Shown: positions 26,001 to 39,352, numbered from the stretch's first letter. The stretch is 64,000 nucleotides of DNA from Tubulanus polymorphus (GCF_964204645.1 NC_134028.1:6634001-6698000), one strand, 5' to 3'. Numbers and translations are program-made. Notes: a model not told the origin generated them from the sequence alone.

Positions 26001-26476
26001 TTCATACCAAGTTTGGTCAAGATTAAAAAAGAACTGTAGCACTAGTAGCAAATTGAAGCAAAAGCTGATGGAGGAATGGACGGACGACGACAGATAATCA
26101 CTCTAACCCATCAGCTCCTCTGACCTTCGGTCACAGCCGAGCTAAAAATTACATGTACCATACAAATGGATTTCTCTCAACGAATTCATTTGATTGAATA
26201 AGAGTGTATTAGTATTGACTTACTATCAGTTGGATCAAGTGATTCATAGTCCGAAGATTCAGGCTCAGTTAAATTAGATGAGCCAGAATCAGGAACATTT
26301 CCTTTTATTTCCGACTGCCCACTGACGCTATGAAAAACACCATCTTTGACCAGGTATAACATCGGTTCTTTTTGTTTCTCTCTTACAACTTTAATAGGCT
26401 TCATTTTTCCAGATTTTACGATGGTTACCTCAGGATAATCTGTATGCAATTCTTTAATAGTTCTTTTGCGAGGCAT
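20043..26476 (-). CDS. KDZ (Kyakuja-Dileera-Zisupton) DDE transposase with N-terminal CxC (CxC2-like) cysteine domain, ~888 aa, 17 coding exons
   Basis: In-phase GT-AG exons 26476-26224, 25354-25083, 24213-24102, 23893-23676, 23593-23474, 23311-23141, 23047-22908, 22695-22578, 22454-22368, 22273-22093, 22021-21932, 21854-21774, 21247-21187, 21092-21030, 20924-20740, 20635-20469, 20390-20043 (2667 nt, no internal stop found). Motifs FRCDDC...CLEC...LPFHRLKQW; HCEC...LWPASP; CLACP; SADANFGL; TGVMGLACSRHE...HGER; MYDIAC; IPLFHCYGHQANCQ; GLTDGETMERFWS; GQKIASRL. Confidence 0.93.
25420..26148 (-). mobile_element. HINE-like element in intron 1 of the transposase
   Basis: Minus-strand 5' end TTTTAGCTCGGCTGTGACCGAAGGTCAGAGGAGCT + CGTCCGTCC microsatellite; internal similarity to the 154-bp unit family. 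Confidence 0.55.
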
Positions 26477-27323
26477 AATGGATAGACTGAAAAATAAGTG
26501 CTGGTAAAGGTTAGAAGTAATCAGATTGCATGTAGCCTTTCTGGTCTTTCGTTATATTAGTACACTAATAGGAAAGCACCAGTTCAAGAACTCAACGGGG
26601 GCCAGGATTAGTGCCTATTTTCCTCCCCTATTATAAGATGCGGTCCACCAGCTGAACCAGAGGCTCAGGAAACATGACCACTTGTCACAAAATTCAATGC
26701 CCCCTGTTGACCATATATAGAAACAAATGAGCTTGAAACTCACCACAGATAACTGGATTCCAGTGGTGCCCGAGGTGGAATGGTGTATTACATTGACTAG
26801 GCACCTGGTTTAGTGTGGCAGGGGTGCGCGCTGTGGCTGTGTAGCAATGCCAAAAGGTTTAACTCCCTGCCGAGGGAGGATGATTTTTATTTACGATTTG
26901 ATAGAACTGATTTAAGTGTAGGGTGCAGGGGCGGATCTAGGGGGGTCAATAGGGTGGCTAGGCACCCCCTCAAACGCCTTCAAAAAATTTTTTCGTGTAA
27001 ATAGCCTATCTCTAAGAAAATAAGAATGTTAGCTGCCTCAGAATCAGAACTAACAGTAGCGTTGCGACATTATTGGATGTCACCGTATGCTACGAGCATT
27101 CATCGAGATGATCGCTCGTAGATACAAGTAATGACTGACAAAGGTGGCTATTTGAGGATATTCAAGCGGGAAGTGATCAAATCGAAGTGCTGACAGTGTA
27201 CCCTGCTTAGCAGGAGAGAATTAACAAATCTCATTATATAAAAAATGCATCATAGGCCCATGGCTATTTGGTTGATAAACGTCAATCACCGGCTCAATAC
27301 GTCCAGTGCGGGTGTAAAAATAA

Positions 27324-27748
27324 GGGTGTGGTTATTCAGCTGGATCCGGTCACCGACTTCTGAACAATATTTTGCCGGATATTTCTCCGCGCATATGCGC
27401 AGAGAGGTGCGCGACTTGAAGGAAGTATGGAGAAAAGAGTTTGAGAAAGCAGAGCGCATAGAGCGAGACTCGAATCCGGGTCAGTAAATTCACCTAGCGC
27501 AGCGTCTTCCCACTAGACCACCGAGCTCGCTGAAAACCACCCGAATGTTTTAACTAGATATATAGCCCCACCTAACCCTATCCCTAGTTGTGAAACAAAA
27601 CCCTGGACCCTCTTCTCACCCTCTTGACATTAACCCTATCAAAACCCTAACCCTAAACCCAATATAATGATTTTACTAATACATGATATATGGATCCGGC
27701 AAAATATCTTTTAAGTCGGTAACCAGATCTGGCTAAATAACCACTTCC
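27324..27748. mobile_element. Mutator-like MITE with 9-bp TSD, containing a tRNA-like segment
   Basis: ~55-bp imperfect TIRs (GGGTGTGGTTATTCAGC... / ...GCTAAATAACCACTTCC), TAAAAATAA on both sides. Confidence 0.75.
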
Positions 27749-28046
27749 TAAAAATAATCGGCCGAAAATTTTAAGTTTGATTCAGGTGATTCACTAGGCG
27801 TTTGTCGTCACCGACTGAATATTTCGGGCGATTAATGCAGTAGCCATTTTCGTACTAGGCCTAAAGCGGTGATTCACTGGCAGCACTTTGAGTATACGGC
27901 CATGGTGGCGCACTGCCTATTTGATTTAATAAAATAATGAAAAGGTCGGCAAAATACTGAATAGGCCGAGGCTAAGTTGGAATTTATACTAGGCCCGGAA
28001 ATCTAAGGCATTATGCATTACCCATTTTCGATTTCCATTATAAAAG

Positions 28047-28481
28047 GGTCCTCCTTATTACCGAGATGACGTAATTTACCGAGATGACAATGACGTGAAA
28101 TATAGTATATTTAACTATTCCTTATCAATTTTAACACTTGAAATAATGTTGCATCAGTAATAAATACCTTCTAGAGTCATATTTTACATATTTTTCCGGA
28201 TATTTTGTAAAAAAAATTTGACTTAATCGTAATCTTGGTTAGCAATAAAATTTCATTAGATTTGATTGATCGACGATCTCATCTCAGTAAAGATATTTTT
28301 CTACAAAAATATCCGATAAAATATGTAAAATATGACTCCAGCAGGCATTTATTACTGATATAATATGATTTCAAGTGTTAAAATCGATAGGGAATAAATA
28401 AATATGTTATATTTCTTTATGTCATCTCGGTAAATACGTCATCTGATCTCGCCCTCTCAGTCTCGGGTAATAAGGAGGACC
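28047..28481. mobile_element. fold-back MITE
   Basis: GGTCCTCCTTATTACC...GGTAATAAGGAGGACC with ~160-bp pairing arms. Confidence 0.75.
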
Positions 28482-28731
28482 GTTATTAAATGCATTTGGA
28501 TTAACGGTAAGGCTTTCTTCTTCGACGACGTGCAAATGACTTACTTGATCAATCTACTTAGAGATAATAATAGACTTTAATTCACGTTTATCGACGACGA
28601 TGTATCGTAAGATCCAGTGGGTTTTAAGTAAAAAAAGTAACGCGCGCCACGTTCACTAAAAATGCAGAATGTCGACCGATTTACGGCCAATACTGTTGAT
28701 GTTCGAATCCCAGAATAAACGACCGAGTGTT

Positions 28732-28870
28732 AACGCGCTCGCCCTTCTGGCGATGAGTATCTAAGAAGGGTTACCATAATATAGTATACTATAACACGGG
28801 GCGATAGACTATCGAATGAAGGTTTACCCTTCTTTAATAAAGTATCGGAGAAGAGGATGTGTATCGGGTG
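28732..28870 (-). repeat. right terminal inverted repeat (139 bp)
   Basis: Reverse complement of 3477-3615. Confidence 0.95.
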
Positions 28871-28877
28871 ACGTTGC
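28871..28877. repeat. right target-site duplication ACGTTGC
   Basis: Matches 3470-3476. Confidence 0.85.
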
Positions 28878-31800
28878 CATAGTTTTGAAAAAGTGAATAA
28901 ACAGCTTTCATTAAACTGAATGATGTAGGTTTATGCTCTTACGGGAGCGTTCTGCCCAACTTAGAGGGTGATCAAATTTTTTTGTTTATTTGCATTTTTT
29001 TCTACAGCCCAACGCACACGACGTAGGGAAACGCAGAAGCGTTTGATCGCGGAAACATTGTTTCCCGAAACCATGTTTCTTGTAGAAAGCGCTACATAGG
29101 GAAACAACGAACATGTTTGATCCAGAAACACTGTTTCCCAAAACCATATTTCTGGTTTCTCACGAATGCAGACCACACAGGGAAACGTTCGGAAACATGA
29201 TTCTGTTTCTGTTTCCTGTTGTAATGTTTTCCGGGTCGGTTGTGTTGGGCATGAGTATCGAGCTCAGAGTCACTGCGTGGACTCCTACATTTTGAAAGTT
29301 CCGAATTCATAAAAAGATGTTTGCTTGAAAATTCATAGATTTGACTTAGAGAAAGTAAGATCTTTAGCGGCCTTTTCATATATTCAGGCATTTGTTTCCA
29401 TATCTCGAAGTGTTGCTGGAATGAAAACATCGATAGCAGGCCATTATGAAGGCTCTTTGAGTGATAGATAAAAAGATTCATGACTCCTATTTTCAGTCAC
29501 CGCCAAGAAATAGCTTTCAGCGTTCATTGTTGGCGATCGCATAAACTTGAGATATCAGCGCTATTCCGGGCATTGCGAGAATGTCTCTGGAAGAAATTTT
29601 CAGCCTTTTAATTCGTCCTCGGAGAACGTCAACTATTGTCGTTAACCGCGATAACGTGATATTTGATTTCACTCGTGGGAAATTCGAAAATTCGTCGAGA
29701 TAAATTCGTCATTGTAGCTATCGCGACGTTTCACCTGCTGTTGTTAGTCGGAAAGGGGCGGGTCTGAAATCTATAATTAGTTTAAACGCATGATTTGTAA
29801 CAAGTCAGCGCTTGCTTCTTTTTGGAAAAGTGTGTTGAGGCCCTAATTTGGCTCACTTTTCATAAGAAGGTTTCTGAAGTGCAGAAAAGTGCTATTTTAT
29901 CCCTTACGAAGTCATCTTAATAAGGTTTGTCATTGTGATACTGAATATTGGTCAAATAGTCATAAGCAAAGCTCATATCACTTCAGGACACTGGTAACAT
30001 CGTATCATTCTTGCAAACCAACAGAAGGCTTTTTTAAAAGCCTATTACTAGGTGTAACATGTCCTAGTGCATCAATGCCATGAGTGATTTGTCCACTGGT
30101 TATTGATGATTTGAATAGTCATGATGAGCAGTAACAATGTCTATCGTGGGCGCAATTCAGTAAAAAAGTGCTACTTTTTCCGCCAAACGTGCCAACATAT
30201 ACAGCTTGGAATAAAACGTTTTTTCTGCGTGGAAAATGTTTTCGATATGCTTTTGTTATGCTGTGTGTGTGTGTTGAAGTCAAAACAGAAAACATCAAAA
30301 CTTTTTAATAAGGCTTCATTTGCGAAAAAAAACGATTTGTGTCGGAAACTTTTTTTGTTTATGCGTTTCGCAAAACAAAAATAGCTGAACAACCAATCAG
30401 TGAGCATCGCTGCATCACATTACATGACACAAAAAATGATGTGAATAACTGAGTAAATTATTGTTGTACTATGGACTCTATGGTGCAATCAACTGTTTTC
30501 GCTATGTTGAACGTGTTGTTTGCGGGTAAAATGTTTTGCCGTGTGCGCGTTGGGCTCTACCGCTGCAAACCATGATACATGGTTCGAGCGATTATTCAAC
30601 AGTCCGCCGAATAAGCCCGCGATTTCCTTATATATCTGGCCATTATCATTTTGCGAGCTATTATCGTTCATCGTCGTGTGGTATTAATTGTCGCGATGTC
30701 TCTTGCTAAAAGCCTCTCGAAAATGATAATTCTATCCTCGATATCCAAGGACGTCACTCTCCCCTCGCTCGAGGCGGTTCCCGTATTATTTGACATGTAA
30801 TAGCTCGCCGTTACAATAGCGCTCGCATTGTCGACAGCTTACTTAAATATTGATATGTCGATGAAAAGCTTGTTAATAGCAAGAGAGAGTGAGAATCTAT
30901 CTACGAGTACTGTTTAATATCAATATTAGTCTATCATCTAATCGTTTAATGAAATATTATTGAACTATACGCGATAAATCTTATTAGTTCAATGAAAGCC
31001 GCGATCCCGCGAGTGTTTTTGGCACGGGCAAAATTAGGCTCGGATAAACGGGCGCCAAAAATGGGTCCGTGCCTGTTTGGCCCGACCAAAAACGTCGGAC
31101 CAGGCCCGTGCTAAAATATAGCTATTCCGCGTTATGAACAGCCAATCAGCGCTGAGATGAAATATCATGTTCTATTCCCGTAATGGCGGCCACTTCAAAT
31201 GAATTGGTGCCAACAACTAGTGGCGCCACTTAGCGGCCGGCAATTCAGCTACAAAAAAGTGGCGAGCAAGATTGAGTTCAGGTTGGTACGGAATTTTTTT
31301 CTATAGGACGAGTCTTGAAAACTGATAATAGGGAAACGGAAATGAAAAATGCGTAATGCCTCGATATAGCGAATTTATGCCGCAAGTTATCATTATGTTA
31401 TCAAAAACGATGACAATGACTTGGATGAGAATCCGATTACATTACGAGGGGTTAATGAGATAATCGATGATAATTGGTCGAAACCGGTCGTATGTTGCGT
31501 CTCTCTCGTTATAAACGCCCCCTCATCCGCTCTCCACCTCCCGACTGACGGATCGATCTGCTTCAAATCACCATACGAGACAACCGTCGCATTTTTGCGG
31601 CGCGCGGTGAATTAAACGATAATTCAGCCGGAGCGACGATTATGAAAATTAATTCCGTTCACGTAGACGCAGATGTTTCCAATGAAAATTGACGACGACT
31701 GCGTATATGTCACTGTATCGTTATAGCGTGTCTAATGTGACATTGTAATCGACGACGCGGTGTATGTGGCTGTTGCGCGTGGATTTTATACACCGCATCG

Positions 31801-32169
31801 TAGCGTCTGCACGAACTCTCTCTCTTTCTCTCTGGCATAGCAGTGGAGTCGCGTAAATTCCATCCCGGATTATCTGCGAGCTCTTCCGTTAAAGCGCGTA
31901 GGCACGGATAATAAGGATTTTCGTTCGTGTGGATCCTACGTACTTTCAGGGTCCGGTTGTGCATTTGTCGCTGAATCGTAAGATTCTCCGGTTATATCAG
32001 TGAGACCCGTCGATTCAAAATTCCTTTTTTTTTTACAAATCTGATATCGATCGGTCTCGATGCCGGTGTTGGTCTCATGATTTAAAGGTCGGTGGTGCGG
32101 TCATAGCTTAGATTCATGACCGGTCCTACGATCTACGGCCACTTTCGAACTTAAGGCTATGAACATGCA

Positions 32170-32500
32170 ACTGAGCACAGTTACCATAATCGAGACTTTA
32201 GTCCAAAAGTGGTCTTAAATCTTGAGACTGGTCTTAGGTTGTTAGATTGGCTAAATTACGTAGAACTAAGGTGGTCTTAGACCGATCGTAAGTCTTAAGT
32301 CTTGACTGAGGAACCAGCCCCTGGGGCCAGTTGTGCAGTTATTGCTTAGATTCAAGACCAGGCTTAGACCAACTCAGTTCTATAGCTAATCTAACAACTG
32401 AAGACCACTAATGATTTAGAACCATTTATGGACTGAAATCACGACTAAGCAACTGGGCGGTGATCATAAATCTGAGAGTTTCAAATGCACAACTGGTCCC
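32170..32500. mobile_element. tandem pair of short palindromic MITEs (CTTAG/CTAAG-rich family; related copies at ~39465-39725)
   Basis: GGGGCCAGTTGTGCAGT...AACTGG ends; shared AAGTGGTCTTAAATCTT internal motif. Confidence 0.55.
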
Positions 32501-32781
32501 GGGTAATATCCGCTTGTGTACATACTCTATTCAAACTCTGAAATTTGTCTCAGGGAATTATTATTCGTTGTTGTCCACCGTGCAGTCGACTGGTCCGATA
32601 TTGTACGAGGTGAATAAGGCAGTCGTCATCGCGGAATAATGAAATCAACTCGGAAATATTTGTGCTTCTGCAGCGAGAAGAAAAAACAATCGCGGAACAG
32701 TAATAGTGGCGATATTAGTAATCACGTTGAAAAGGTTGGTTGATCCGTTCGATCGCTGAACACGTTTCAGAGGTTCTGACA

Positions 32782-33043
32782 TAAGCCATGATCGCACGGG
32801 GACTATTTGCTCCGGGTCAAATCAGCCCGGATCAGACCCCGCAGTTAAATTTGGTCCCTGCCTAATTGGAGATCGTGTTCACTCGGAAAACCGATCACTT
32901 GATACCAAACAATGCGGCGAAAAAGTGACACGAGTTACTTCAGATATCAGTAAGCATTTGACCCGTGCTAAAATTTGGCTGGGGCCTGGTCCAACATTTT
33001 TAGGTGCATTTGGTGGTACTGGTTGTCTCGTGTGACCGCGGTT
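32782..33043. mobile_element. copy of abundant PIF/Harbinger-like MITE family (TAAGCCGCGATCACACG termini)
   Basis: TAAGCCATGATCGCACG ... CGTGTGACCGCGGTTT; other copies at ~30997, 36440-36650, 37480-37740, 38563, 41595-41937, 43660-43979, 44996-45262, 58677-58935, 61260-61430, 61790-62270. Confidence 0.7.
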
Positions 33044-34794
33044 TTATTTCACTCCCCTTTAACGATAAGTTGTAGAATTTTTATCAGATTCCGATTGGTA
33101 AGAATCTAGCGTATCTTACTTTACCAAAATTCGGGGTACCAAAATTCGGGAGTCTGAATCCATTGGCCTGTGCTAGAATGACTGTGTATGACCATGCCTG
33201 ATATGTGATGGCTAGGTTGGTTGTATAAGCGCTGGGCTTTACTTATCAGTATTTTGGGACAGCATTTTGAATTGCTTTGTGAAACGAGATCAATGGTGTT
33301 TTTTTTTGTTGCCTGAAACTAAACCTTTTTTGCATGTTTGTTTATTTATGATATTCAAAGTGGGCTTGTGCAAAAGATCTATATTATTAATGCAAGCAGT
33401 TACGATGCAGAGAGCTATGTATTTCTCGTTGGTTATTTATTCAGTCGGCCAGGCAGCTGAACCGGCTCTAATGGCTATTCAGGCGGCTGATACGTTTGTA
33501 GGCTATTATCATGTAATCTGTTATACCAGTACTTGTTCAACGCGTCCATCCCTCTCCTGAAATCCCTCACCGGACAACACCACCGGGCGAGCGCAGTGGT
33601 AGTAAATTTGCGACCGAGCACCGGCGCGTCTATAACGGTTCTAAAGCAACTCGACCGTTTCTCAAGACGTGTCATTATAGTTCAGCTGGGGCCTCGGCTG
33701 GTAGTTCGAGTCAGTTATATCATGGACTCTAGAGTCCTTGGTTATATCATGGATACGGAATCCTGGGCCGGTCCAATCTATCATACATTAATGTAGAGAG
33801 TTATATTTCGTATGCCCTCCTACCTGTAATTGTATGCCTAGAGTTTTCATAGGTGTCATCGATGCAGAGATCGAAATCAGCAAAACTTGGAACATGAGAA
33901 CCTGAGGCACTAGCTGATGAGCAGAGCCAGACTCGTTCTGACTCCTCCTGGTGATGCCCATGGTTTTAATGATTCACTCTGGTCATTTGTATCAATGATT
34001 TACCTCTCAAAAGATCCCAAATGATGGAAAATATAGTTCCGAGATATAAACAAGAAAACTAACTTCCAAGTTTATTGATACCTTGGAAAATGACACATAT
34101 GTATTGCTTAATATTGTCAACAATAAATAATATGATGTAGATTATATAATATTTGGGATCAATAAAGTTGATTTGGATTTGAATATATTGATTATATCGA
34201 TAACGGTTTTAACTGCGTCAATAACCAAGATATGGCGAGATTGTATGAACGCTATTAGAATTTTTGCTAAAACATTTTCAGTCTGCATATACCCAACAGC
34301 AAAAAGCTGCTAACACATTTCCGATGATGGTGTTGTGTTAATCTTTCACGAGTATTTCTCCATGAAAGACCAAATGAACATACCTTCATACCTTCTGCTG
34401 GACCTGTTTTACCAGGAAACCAGGGAGACATCCCTGGTTTTATTACGGTATTAATGAATTAATGTTGTAGCCTAATACCCCATTACGGTATAGAATGAAA
34501 ACTAGTCCCCTACCTAGTATGCAAATGAGAGCCAGTCAGTGACTACAGAGCTTTATATAGGTCAGAGAAATGATGTGTTATGTTTGTTATTTTTAATCAA
34601 CTTGACCTGAAGCAGTGCATTAGCAGTGTGGTGGGTTTTACGCATGTTTTCATAGCCGGTGTAGGGCAGCCGTATACACGCTAGTCTAGAGAGTGAGAGA
34701 GAGAGAGAGAATGAGTGTAGTATGTAATATATAGGCGCTGATAAAGTTTAAACTCATAACCGCGCGCTGCTCTGTTGTTAGATCATTAACGATC

Positions 34795-34839
34795 ATGTTA
34801 AACCGATTGAAAAAGCGATTTCTAGGTCTCGGAGTAAAG
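34795..34839 (+). CDS. candidate alternative first coding exon of PKA-RI (MLNRLKKRFLGLGVK)
   Basis: ATG at 34795, strong donor AAG|GTAAGC, phase 0 compatible with the exon at 49097; TATA-like TAATATATAGG ~70 bp upstream. Confidence 0.5.
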
Positions 34840-37800
34840 GTAAGCGTTTATCAGCGGATTCGAACAATCAAAAATATCTAGGTTTTGAGTAAATAAGACA
34901 TTGATATAGTAGTAGTATACGTGTGACTCTATCCTGTGCTACATATAGTCGTTCGTGCAAATACAGTGTCGGACCAGGATAACCTTTTTAAGATGGTAAG
35001 AATTTCACTAGAATGGATTTGATAGAAATATTGTTGTATATTTGGGCGATCATCTAAGGGAATCTGATTCCCTTAGACGGTAGAATTTAGATTTTTTTTT
35101 TAGAAATATAAATCTGAGTTTTTACATTGCAATGTTTATCAAGGCTTGATAACGGTAGTGTTCTGGTATCCCGAGGGTGTTAGATCTTTCGTTGAAATTT
35201 CCGATTTCATTAGAATTGATTCTTTTGCGCGTGTTCGTCATCAGAAACCTAAGGCTGGGATGCCAAACTGTGAGGCGGCGGGATACACTGACAAGAGGAT
35301 CTGTATCCTGAGAATATACTCTCTAGAATTGTAAAAATCAAGCCTTGTCTATCATCGAAGATTTGAAGATTCAGTTGAATCAGTACTAGCGGTCTATCGG
35401 TTTAGGCCCTTGCTTGTTAGTTGTTGAATAATCTATTGGCTTGACCAAATACGGTATAAATCTCAGTTTTCAGCCCACTCTTGTCTGAGGTAATTGGGTT
35501 TTTTTATGTCATGTCTATGTCAAATTTCACGATGTTCACACGAGAAGCCAACCACCACGCAAAGTTGCTAGGCAACAGATTGCCGATGCGGAGGGTAGCG
35601 ATATCTTGGACTCGATGACTTAGCCGAACAAAACAGAGGGCCGGGTGAAATTATTAAAAAATTTCTGTCACGATTTTAACGTTTCGAAATTAAACGATGA
35701 TGAATTGATACCTAGGGATTTCAGCGTACGTGGAGGGCACTTCCTGTGAATAACTCAGATCTTTGAGGCAGAACTGACTACGACTACTATTCGAGAGTAG
35801 CTTTTACTCTTTTTAAGAGCTCTTCTCAAAAACATCGAAATACCCGCGAAAATCAGAATAATATCTAGTTCATTTTCAATGAAACTATAATAGCAAACCT
35901 CGCCTAACTCGCCAAGTGCGAGTTAAGGATTGGAAAATCGGCAGGGAAGTCCGAAAATGATTTGGCCATGTTTGAGTAAGGTGAGGTTTACTATTTTGTC
36001 ATATCAAATTACTCTCTTTTTCTGTCAAAAACTACAATATTACAGATATCAGACAGTATGGTCTGCCGAGGAACTTTGCATTTTTCAAAACTGAAACTAG
36101 CTTTTATGTAGGACCTATCGATATACTAGTGTCCCTTTCCGAAATGGTAACTGGTGGTTTCTACAGTAGTAGGAATGGATACAATATAATATGTGACTAT
36201 GTGACTTGTAACACCTGAAGTTTTATGACAATCGACTTTCATTTATCAATTTTATCAGTTTTCATTTGTTCTGTCACATTGCACTTTAAAATTTCCGTTC
36301 ACGTATATTCAATGTGAATTCTGATAGTTTACGCTACTGCTACATTAAAAGAGTCATATATCCTACCAGAGCCGGGTTTCACCTTTTCGTGTAAGTTCCA
36401 CTTAGGATATTTTAGTCACTATGGCTTTATTTGCCAGTTTCGGGTGGAATTTGCTTATTCCAAAAATGCTGGTCTAGACCCTTACTCCAAGCCTTGATTT
36501 ATTGTGGGTAAATGCTTTCCGGTTCTGGAAGTAACTCGCCTCACTTTGCCACAGTATTGTTTAGCATCAAGTGCGTGGTTTTGCATTTGAAATAGGCATA
36601 GGCCAAATCTTACTGGTCAGATCTGGGCCAAATTGTAATCGCGGCTCCTGAGGTGGGTAAAATAGGGAAGGCTACATGGGTAATGGTTTACTGGCTCGTG
36701 TACATCATCCATCCCCCTCCGCAGAAACTCAAACCTGATGGCATCAGGAATCGCTACAGTACGAAAGCCGAGTGCGCATCTACATACACTGCTAGATGGA
36801 GATGTCATTATCGGCTAATCAGAAATCCTGGCTGTTGTATTTTTGAGTCTTTCCATCAATAGTTTATCCCTCAAATTTGCCTCAGCGATTAAGCAACAGC
36901 AACATATGTTATCTGATTGGCACTGCTTGTGTTCGTGTGGTGGCCCTGCACATGTTCCTGAGGTCTAATCTGGTGGTGACTGAGTTTAGCGATGCATGAC
37001 AGAGTCCGACATTCGAATCCCTGCCGAGCCGGAGAGGTTGATGCATGTAACATTATTGTTCGGCGCGATTCACAGTAAATCTGCGAGTAGATGAAAAAAA
37101 TCTAATTCGATAATATTGTTATTCAATTTCATCAGTAACGGTGCAGCGTGATCACCGTTAAACTGCCAACACTTTCATCAATGAAAGTGTTCATTCTTTC
37201 GTCAATCGAATCTAGCTTAAAACATGGCGGTGTGTCTACGTTGAACGACTTGACACCTACAAGTAAAAGCTTCTAGTATTCTATCGATCGTGATCGAACT
37301 GACTGCATGTATATTGTTTAACGCTGTAAACCTCGCAGCTCGCCCCACTCGATATTTTTTACCTCGATTAATCAATGTAGACAGGCTATATGAAATGTTC
37401 ATCATCGTAATACCGTGCAGCTATACTTCCTCGTATTTCATGAGATCCCGTCCTCTGTCGGCCATGTTGTTACTTAAGCCGTGATTGCGCGTGCATTTTA
37501 GATATTAGATATTGCTTGTTTTACCTGGGTCCTAATTACCTGGGTCAAATTTTCTCCCGACCGAATATGTTGGACCAGGCTCATGTGCATATTTTAGCAG
37601 GAGTCATTGATTATTGCTTAGGAATTGTAACTGGTTCCGGAAGTGACTCGCTTAACTTTGTCTAGGCCTTGTTTACTCTGGAGTAAGTGGTTTGCGTGTG
37701 AACGCGCTCTCTAATCGGGGGGGGGGGGGGAATTCGATGCGGGTCTCACTGGACAAGGCCAATACAGATAAGCTGCTGCTAATGACCAACATCTTCCGAC

Positions 37801-38989
37801 AATCCAAATTAATCCCGATTAACTTTGCGAAACAGGACCATCGAGGTTCATGAACTTGCGTATCAGCGTTGTCTACTGGCTACGGTTCGGTTCGGTCGTG
37901 TTAATAATGTCCTGTCTGTCGCTGTGTCTTAATGTTACGCATGTTACGATCACTCTGTACCGTTATGAAGCTACTGCGTCAACTTGTCTATTTGCATTCT
38001 TCGTTTTCAATATTTCCTCACGGATGCGTCGTCGACGGAGACAGTTTTTCCGTCATCGTATGAATGCGTGTGTGTATGCATATATCTATATTTTGTTATC
38101 ATCTGTCTGAAATATTGTCGCAGATATTTGACTCGAGGGACAGTTCTGCCGTCAGCTTCTTCGCGAAGATTTGTGGACATGAATGTCTGTATGTAAACTG
38201 GTCTCGTTTCGCCGTTACATCCGTTGATGAAATTGATACAGAACCATACATAGATACAGTTATTTGAATACTAATCGTACAGATGTATCATTTTAATACG
38301 CGCTTATTCATTTCGATACAGACCTTTGTCATTTTGATATGAACCCAATCATTTTAGATATAGACCTAGTCGTTTTGCATTGGAACCTTGTTATTATGAC
38401 CTCGGAGATATGACGATTAATCAGTTATTACAAATTTCAACCCTAAGCGACGATTCTAATGATTTCACGCTGGATTTCACGAACCATTGTTTATAACGAG
38501 CTGATTTTCAGGTCCATAGAAAACCTAAGTTCGTCATAACAAAGTTCCACTTAGACACCGATATAAGCCGTGATCACACAGGCATTTTCGGGCCCGACCA
38601 AAAAACATCGGCACAAACTCGGCACAGGCCGAATTTGACTCGGGGCCCGATTTATGCCAATTTAGCCCGGGCCTGTCTCCGTTTGCTCGAAACGGCTGTA
38701 GTCGTATTAATACAGACATTCAATTTGATAACAGCAACAGCAGCAACGTCTTCAATCGATGGCCATTAGAAACGCACGACTACCAGGGGTCTCATTTTTA
38801 ATAACTAGTCGAAACATAAATCAAAACCGGCAACTTTCCCCGTGTGTGTGTGCGGTTGTCACAGTAATGTGCAGTACGCAGAAAGGTAATTCGATCTGGT
38901 GAGTCGACTGCGAGACCATTTTTCACCGAGTAAACACGTCAACCTTTATAGTTTGATTTCCTGCAGTCTACACAGGACGCGCGCTGCAT

Positions 38990-39091
38990 TCTCCCCTCCC
39001 CCCTTTCTCTCTCTCCCTCCCTCCATCCCTCTCTCTCTCTCTCTCCCTCTCTCCCTCTCTCTCCCTCTCTCTCTCTCCCTCTCTCTCTCTC

Positions 39092-39184
<93 letters not shown>

Positions 39185-39352
39185 CTCGCTCTCGCTCTCT
39201 CGCTCTCGCTCTCGCTCTCGCTCTCGCTCTCCTCTCCCTCCCTCCTCTCTCTCCCTCTCTCTCCCTCTCTCTCTCCCTCTCTCTCCCTCTCTCTCTCCCT
39301 CTCCCTCTCCCCCCTCTCTTTTTTTTTTCTCTCTCTCCCTCGCTCTCTCTCT
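38990..39352. repeat. (CT)n / polypyrimidine microsatellite with (CTCGCT)n segment
   Basis: Directly visible. Confidence 0.97.

Larger units (their letters stand above)
3477..28870 (-). mobile_element. 25.4-kb autonomous KDZ-superfamily (Kyakuja/Dileera/Zisupton-type) TIR DNA transposon with two cargo genes and an internal satellite
   Basis: 139-bp TIRs (8 mismatches by manual alignment), flanking TSD, internal spliced KDZ transposase. Confidence 0.92.

Noticed and set aside
38875-38905. Another PKA-RI alternative first exon
   Set aside because: Both donors are out of phase with the downstream exon from the nearest ATG
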